Source: Pseudomonadota bacterium
GTDB taxonomy: Bacteria > Bdellovibrionota_B > Oligoflexia > Oligoflexales > RGVZ01
Assembly (NCBI GenBank): GCA_041178085.1
Contig: JBEGVZ010000093.1
Location: 1-29,822 of the forward strand
Direction: 5' to 3'
Length of the DNA stretch: 29,822 nt
Numbering within the stretch: the first letter of the stretch is position 1; each line of letters opens with the position of its first letter. Made by a program: the position numbers and the translations under genes. Below, piece by piece: positions 24,633-29,822 of the stretch. The notes below the pieces were generated by a model, which made no database searches, was not told where the DNA came from, and worked only from the letters and a program-made list of their open reading frames with translations.

Positions 24633-27038
24633 ATGAACCCCTGTCATGACACCGTTGCCCTGCTCATGCCGCGTCGCGCGCTTCTGGCGTTGCTGGCGTT
24701 GGTTGCATCGGCGATTTTTTTGCCGACGCCTGCACTGGCAGCGGACTTCAGCGAGATCGTCCTGTCATTTCCTGAGGTCCGTCCTTACTCCGCTAAGTAC
24801 GATGCAGTCGAAAACTCGGTTCGCATTGAACTCCTGAAAACCTCCTCGGAGGAGCTGGCGGCTCTTGAGCGCTACGATGAGGACTTGGTGCGTCGCGTAG
24901 TAGTGAAAGACCGTGCAGCTGACGGAGTTGAGATCCTGATCAAGCTGAAGTCGCGTGAAGTGGTCGCCACAGTTGAAGATTTCCGTGAGCCTTTCCGGAT
25001 CGTCATCGACATATTCAAGCGCGGTTACTCCCCTGCTCGCGATGCCGAAGGCCTTCCACGCACCAAACCAGCGGAAGTTGCGAGCGCACCTGACAATGCG
25101 CCATCGGCTGTATCCGCAGCCCCCAGCCTCTCTGCCAATGCGGCGAAGCCTTTGCCGGCAACGCCAGTTCAAGGGGACTCGGCGTCTGTTGCGTTGTCGG
25201 CCAAGAATCCGCCGCAGCGGCGAATATTCCAGCAAGCCCCGCGCCGGTTCGAGGGCGGAGCCGACCTGTGTGCGGCCCTCAACCAGGCGAAGCCAGGCAC
25301 GGGGACACATTGGAGCAAGTATGCCGATCCGGTATACCGCCTTGATTTTCCGCCCGCAAAGTCATCGCTCGCCGCAGAAATTCCGCAGGATGTCTGCAAT
25401 AAGGCGATAACTTCCACGAAAGACTTGTCCCTGTTTGCCAAACGGCTGTTTGACGACGGACAGGAATTCCGTGCGATGTCGGTCTATCAGCAACTTCTCT
25501 TCCACGATCCCCAGGCAATCGAACAAGATGCCGGCAATTTGTGGCGCATGGCGGAGATCCACCTGGGTCAGGGTAATCTTTCGCTGGCTGGCGGCTATTA
25601 CGAGACAATCAGCAAGCGCTTCCCTGGAACCCAAGAGGCTTTCAAGGCGGCGATGAGAAGCCTGGATGTGAATAGCCTTGAACTGATTCAGGCAGGCAAC
25701 CAGAGCGGCCTTGCAGGTGGTCCTGTCGAAAAAATTGCGTCCCTCGAAATGGGCCAGGGAGACTCCCCGACGTCTGTCGAAATTCGTGCAGGCAAAGTTC
25801 TTCGCGCATCATATTGGAGGAACGCTTCTTCCGGGCCGGGCAAGTTGCAGGTAGCTGATCTTTCCGAAACTGAATCCCGCGAACTCGAAGCCCTGTTGCC
25901 GAAGATCCAGCATCCACGCACGAAATTTCTGACCGCGTCTCTTCTTCTGGCGGGTCGCGTAGCACCTGCGCGTGCGTGGGAACAGGAATCCGGTGTTTTC
26001 GCTGCTAACTATTTCCGCGACTACAAAACCGCGGAATGGGATCCGATGCGTGGCGAGATGCTCCAGCGTTTGCGTGACAAGCTGGATTCAACCCTGCAGT
26101 CTTACTCGGCAGCCGGTCGCCATGTTGAGGCGGTCCAGACGTTCGAGCTGCTGCCCAAGCCCCTTCAGTCCGTTCGCAAAAACACCAGGACTGCGTGGGC
26201 GATGGGCGAGTCCTACCGTAATATCGGGCAACCGCAACCTGCAGTAGCCTTCTACGAGGCTGCCGCAAAGGATGCGAGCGGTATCGATCGGTTCAAAGCC
26301 CAGTTTTGGATGGCCCAGATGGCATCCGAGACATCAGACGTCCTGGGCCGCATGAAGGCCGGCGCAACGCGAATTTCTCCTTACCAGCGCCAGGTAGCCG
26401 AATCGGATCGTGGCATGGCCGCGACCCTGGCGGGGCTCAATCCGTCTGAACGCGAGCAGCTCTACTCGACATTCCGCGGCCCCCTGGAATCATCCATTGA
26501 AAAACCGACAAGGTTGCGCACACCGCCCAGATTTGTGCTGAGCGCATGGCGGGACAACCTTTCGTCGCGGCGCTCGGCATCCACCGATAGCGCTCCGGTC
26601 ACAGATCTCAAGAGCCAATTTGCTCCTGGCGCTGCGTCCGCCAAGCTTGTTTCTGGACTCGCCGCAAGATTCAAGGAACTCGGGATGAGCAATGAAAGGC
26701 GACAGGCCCTTGCGTTGCTGAAGGAAATGAAGCCTTCCCAGTTTGGTGACGACACCGCAGCAAGAAAAGCCTGGATGGACCAGTTGCTCGGCCTTGCCGA
26801 GGAGTATCGCAAGGACAACGAGTATCTTGAGTCCGGCCGGATTTTCAGCCTGGTTGCGTCAGAAAGTGAGAACTGGGAGGGTCGTGCCGAGACGCTCTAC
26901 AAGGCAGGCCTGCTTCTTTACCGCGCGGGTCGAAAGGACGAGGCGATTGCCGCTCTGGAAAAAGCGAAAGCGGACGGCAACAACCTTTTCTACGCAAATC
27001 TTGCAACCGAACGACTTTCACAGATCCAGAAAAAATAA
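24633..27038 (+). CDS. Exported TPR protein with N-terminal AMIN-like beta domain (flagellar operon leader)
   Basis: GAGG RBS; signal peptide ending PALA-A; beta domain ending PFRIVIDIF; Pro/Ala linker; TPR motifs such as LWRMAEIHLGQGNLSLAGGYYE, AWAMGESYRNIGQ and LYKAGLLLYRAGRKDEAIAALE. Confidence 0.82.
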   Translation: MNPCHDTVALLMPRRALLALLALVASAIFLPTPALAADFSEIVLSFPEVRPYSAKYDAVENSVRIELLKTSSEELAALERYDEDLVRRVVVKDRAADGVEILIKLKSREVVATVEDFREPFRIVIDIFKRGYSPARDAEGLPRTKPAEVASAPDNAPSAVSAAPSLSANAAKPLPATPVQGDSASVALSAKNPPQRRIFQQAPRRFEGGADLCAALNQAKPGTGTHWSKYADPVYRLDFPPAKSSLAAEIPQDVCNKAITSTKDLSLFAKRLFDDGQEFRAMSVYQQLLFHDPQAIEQDAGNLWRMAEIHLGQGNLSLAGGYYETISKRFPGTQEAFKAAMRSLDVNSLELIQAGNQSGLAGGPVEKIASLEMGQGDSPTSVEIRAGKVLRASYWRNASSGPGKLQVADLSETESRELEALLPKIQHPRTKFLTASLLLAGRVAPARAWEQESGVFAANYFRDYKTAEWDPMRGEMLQRLRDKLDSTLQSYSAAGRHVEAVQTFELLPKPLQSVRKNTRTAWAMGESYRNIGQPQPAVAFYEAAAKDASGIDRFKAQFWMAQMASETSDVLGRMKAGATRISPYQRQVAESDRGMAATLAGLNPSEREQLYSTFRGPLESSIEKPTRLRTPPRFVLSAWRDNLSSRRSASTDSAPVTDLKSQFAPGAASAKLVSGLAARFKELGMSNERRQALALLKEMKPSQFGDDTAARKAWMDQLLGLAEEYRKDNEYLESGRIFSLVASESENWEGRAETLYKAGLLLYRAGRKDEAIAALEKAKADGNNLFYANLATERLSQIQKK

Positions 27039-27089
27039 ACGCCCTCAAACCGGCAGGCAACGCCGCCAACAACCGGATGGAGTGATTCG

Positions 27090-28211
27090 ATGAGCCAGGC
27101 ATTGCGTAAAGAATTCACGGAGTCTGCGAGCGCGCTGAACCCCAACAGCCATGGAAAGGGCGGAACCGCTTACGTCGATTACGCCAGGTCCCGTCAGGCC
27201 GCCCCCCAGGAAGCCCCGCTTGTGTGTGACGGCGGATGGCTTGTTGCTGATCCGGCGATGCGCCGTATCAAGGAGATCGCGGAGCAAATCGCTGCGGTGA
27301 ATTTGCCTGTCCTGATCACCGGTGAGTCGGGAAGTGGCAAGGAAACAATTGCCCGGTACATTCATGCCCGCTCCGTATTTGCCGCTGGCCCGTTTGTTGC
27401 AGTGAATTGCTCTGCGATTCCATCAGCAATGTTTGAGAGTGAGCTTTTTGGTTTCCAGCGTGGTGCATTCACCGGTGCGACGGCGGATCGCATCGGTTTG
27501 CTGGAGAGCGCCAACAACGGCACGATCCTTCTGGACGAGGTTACAAACATCGATGCGGCAAATCAGGCAAAATTGCTGCGTGTCATCGAGGAACGCAAGG
27601 TCAGGCGCCTTGGCGGGAACTCCGATGTTTCGCTCAATGGCCGCATCATCGCAACTTCGAACGTCGATCCGATGTCCATGGTCGCCAAGGGTGAGTTCCG
27701 GCAGGATCTCTACTACCGCCTCTATGTCCTGCACATCGAAGTGCCAGCACTGCGCAATCGCCAGGCTGATATCGATGCGCTCGCTGCTCACTTCGCTGAA
27801 AGGGAATGCATTTCACAGCAAAGGCGGGCGGTTACAATTTCCGAAGATGCGCGCAAGGTCCTGCGCGGATACTCATGGCCTGGCAATGTCCGCGAACTCC
27901 AGAACGTCATCAAACGTGCGGTGCTTGCCTGCAGCGGCGATGTCATTGGAGTCGCCGATCTTGGGTTTGAAGGCATTGCGCAGCAGCCCGAGGCGGCAAG
28001 CAACGAGTGGATTGCTTCCCTTCCCGTTGGTCGCACACTGCAAGAGGTGGAAACCCAGTTCATCCTCAAGACGCTTGAGCACCACAGCGGCAACCGGACG
28101 CACGCAGCGCGAACCCTTGGCATCAGCCTTCGAACCTTGCGCAACAAGATCAATGAGTTTTCAGCGGTCGGTATCGATGTCATCGCGCCGCTAACGGGGA
28201 GGGCAAGTTGA
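27090..28211 (+). CDS. Sigma54-dependent transcriptional activator (AAA+ + Fis HTH, no receiver domain)
   Basis: GESGSGKE, GAFTGA, LLDEV, FRQDLYYRL, WPGNVREL and GNRTHAARTLGISLRTLRNK; only ~50 aa precede the AAA+ domain. Confidence 0.93.
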   Translation: MSQALRKEFTESASALNPNSHGKGGTAYVDYARSRQAAPQEAPLVCDGGWLVADPAMRRIKEIAEQIAAVNLPVLITGESGSGKETIARYIHARSVFAAGPFVAVNCSAIPSAMFESELFGFQRGAFTGATADRIGLLESANNGTILLDEVTNIDAANQAKLLRVIEERKVRRLGGNSDVSLNGRIIATSNVDPMSMVAKGEFRQDLYYRLYVLHIEVPALRNRQADIDALAAHFAERECISQQRRAVTISEDARKVLRGYSWPGNVRELQNVIKRAVLACSGDVIGVADLGFEGIAQQPEAASNEWIASLPVGRTLQEVETQFILKTLEHHSGNRTHAARTLGISLRTLRNKINEFSAVGIDVIAPLTGRAS

Positions 28212-28633
28212 GCCAACCAGTTACAAACCTTCTTAATTTCTCTGACCGGGTCAACCTGTCTGCGCTGAGTCACAGGATGCGCCGCAGCCAGGTCATCTCG
28301 AGCAACATCGCGAACGCCGAGACCCCCGGCTACCGCGCACTTGGTTATGATTTCGAGAAGCAACTCCAGGACGTCTCCCAGGGTGGCGATGCCCTTCCCG
28401 TAAAGGTTTCTTCCCCGAAGCATTTGCAGAACGCTTTCACCCAGGCGGACGGGTCGATCCGTCCGGATGTCCACGTTCGACCGACTGAGTCGATTCCCCA
28501 CGATGGCAATACGGTTGATATCGACACCGAGATGGCCCAGTTCTCTGAGAACCAAATCCTGTACCGGGCGTCTGTGGAGAGCCTGAATCGCAAGCTCGGC
28601 ATGCTCCGGTATGCAATCAGCGGAGGTCGTTGA
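28208..28633 (+). CDS. flgB: Flagellar basal-body rod protein FlgB
   Basis: RSQVISSNIANAETPGY and DGNTVDIDTEM; the TTG start overlaps the activator stop (TTGA). Confidence 0.95.
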   Translation: MSQPVTNLLNFSDRVNLSALSHRMRRSQVISSNIANAETPGYRALGYDFEKQLQDVSQGGDALPVKVSSPKHLQNAFTQADGSIRPDVHVRPTESIPHDGNTVDIDTEMAQFSENQILYRASVESLNRKLGMLRYAISGGR

Positions 28634-28635
28634 CC

Positions 28636-29073
28636 ATGAGCACTTTCAAGTCAATGGCGATTAGTTCTTCTGCGTTATCTGCACAGCGACTGCGGATGAA
28701 CATCCTCAGCACCAACTTGGCCAATGCCCAGACAACGCGCACGGAAGAAGGCGGACCGTACCGCCGCCGTGATGTGGTGTTCGAGGCATCTCCGACCGGA
28801 AACCAGTTCGCCGACTACCTTGATGGCACTCACGATACCAAGCTTTCCAAGGTGAAAGTCACTGGCATCCATGAGGATCAGGGTGCGCCGCGCCGGGTCC
28901 TCGATCCTTCGCATCCGGACGCTGATGCGGACGGGTACGTTGAATTGCCGAACGTCCAGGTGATGACAGAGATGGTCAACATGATCGCCGCAACGCGTGC
29001 CTATGAGGCGAACGCGACTGCATTGAACGAGACAAAGCAGATGGCCATGAAGGCCCTCGAAATCGGCAGGTAA
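28636..29073 (+). CDS. flgC: Flagellar basal-body rod protein FlgC
   Basis: NLANAQTT...GGPYRRR, DPSHPDAD..GYVELPNV and RAYEAN; GGAGG RBS. Confidence 0.97.
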   Translation: MSTFKSMAISSSALSAQRLRMNILSTNLANAQTTRTEEGGPYRRRDVVFEASPTGNQFADYLDGTHDTKLSKVKVTGIHEDQGAPRRVLDPSHPDADADGYVELPNVQVMTEMVNMIAATRAYEANATALNETKQMAMKALEIGR

Positions 29074-29128
29074 CGGGTCCGGCAAGGTAGACCATTGATC
29101 CCTGGATGGACAGGGGGAGGAAATTGGA

Positions 29129-29482
29129 ATGTCAAGCCAGCTCTCGATATCGTCCCAGGCAGCGGAGAACCTCTTTGCGAGATTGCGCGACGTCCGGAAG
29201 GAGTCCTTGGCGCCGGTGTCACCAGACGCCAGCCAGGCAGGTGGGGCAGCGAAGCCTTCCGGCATGTCCTTCTTCGACCAACTTCAAGCTCGTGTCGCTG
29301 AAGTCAATGACAACGCCAAAGTTGCGGACAAGATGGCGGTGGATGTGGTTACCGGGAAGTCCGAGAACCTCCATGAGGCGATGCTTGCCGCATCGACAGC
29401 AGAGCTGACCTTCAATTTGATGGTCCAGGTCCGCAACCGGGCACTTGAAGCGTACCAGGAAGTCATGAGGATGCCTGTCTAA
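29129..29482 (+). CDS. fliE: Flagellar hook-basal body complex protein FliE
   Basis: NLHEAMLA...VQVRNRALEAYQEVMRMPV C-terminus; GGAGG RBS. Confidence 0.96.
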   Translation: MSSQLSISSQAAENLFARLRDVRKESLAPVSPDASQAGGAAKPSGMSFFDQLQARVAEVNDNAKVADKMAVDVVTGKSENLHEAMLAASTAELTFNLMVQVRNRALEAYQEVMRMPV

Positions 29483-29493
29483 CGGGGTGAAGC

Positions 29494-29822
29494 GTGAATA
29501 ATTTCCGTGAATTTGTCCTGAAGCTCTGGTCTCAGCTCACCGCCTTCTGGGCCTCCCAGTCAGCGACGCGAAAGATCACGTTTGGTGTCGTTGCCGGTGG
29601 CATGCTTGCTGCCGTCATCACGCTCTTGGCGGTCAATCGTGAGGACCCCTACGAGTATGTGTTCACGGATCTCGCTGCTGAGGATTCCCAGCAGATTGTT
29701 GATTATTTCAAACGGAACGGTGTCGCCGACTTTGTGGTTGACTCAAAAGGCATCAAGGTTCCCAAAGATCGGGTCCTTGCTCTGAGACTTCAGCTTTCCC
29801 AGGAAGGTCTGCCAGCGCATGG
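29494..29822 (+). CDS. fliF: Flagellar M-ring protein FliF (5' part, runs off the window)
   Basis: Not in the ORF track. Translating from GTG 29494 gives MNNFREFVLKLWSQL...TM...YEYVFTDLAAEDSQQIVDYF...IKVPKDRVLALRLQLSQEGLP, a typical FliF N-terminus, located after fliE. Confidence 0.92.
   Translation, partial: MNNFREFVLKLWSQLTAFWASQSATRKITFGVVAGGMLAAVITLLAVNREDPYEYVFTDLAAEDSQQIVDYFKRNGVADFVVDSKGIKVPKDRVLALRLQLSQEGLPAH

Noticed and set aside
24388..24636. 82-aa ORF in the regulatory spacer
   Set aside because: No RBS or protein features; it runs through the enhancer boxes and the sigma54 promoter.
1..29822. CRISPR arrays, tRNA/rRNA, riboswitches, IS elements, prophage or defence genes
   Set aside because: No spaced direct repeats, RNA-gene signatures, or transposase/integrase/defence motifs seen; nearly all the sequence is accounted for by coding genes.

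Overview
GC-rich, gene-dense bacterial chromosome segment. Gene content and motif style suggest a deltaproteobacterium or Bdellovibrionota (Oligoflexia-like) organism; this is inference only. Left to right: flgD with long terminal extensions, coupled to a lipoprotein made of three 6-Cys Kazal-like repeats; a minus-strand coupled GT9 heptosyltransferase-waaA-rng operon; a membrane-anchored hypothetical protein; an uncharacterised envelope operon (small beta-sandwich lipoprotein, ~1000-aa PEGA/CsgG-FlgT-like/TPR lipoprotein, seven-repeat PD40 propeller lipoprotein, orphan family-5 solute-binding protein, receiver-like/PilZ protein); a long minus-strand run (Zrg/PA4064-66-like ABC ATPase, permease and DUF3299, short-loop histidine kinase, OmpR regulator, dapF, MGAT-like acyltransferase, galE); a CHASE2-like hybrid kinase with a degenerate catalytic core; a small PilZ gene; then a flagellar operon (TPR protein, receiver-less sigma54 activator, flgB, flgC, fliE, 5' part of fliF). 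The 372-bp spacer before the flagellar operon holds a leftward sigma28 promoter, two tandem GTCA-N6-TGRC boxes and a perfect rightward sigma54 promoter. No RNA genes, CRISPR arrays or mobile elements were seen. The best candidates for novelty are the 7.1-14.6 kb envelope operon, the triple Kazal-like lipoprotein and the PflA-like TPR protein heading the flagellar operon.
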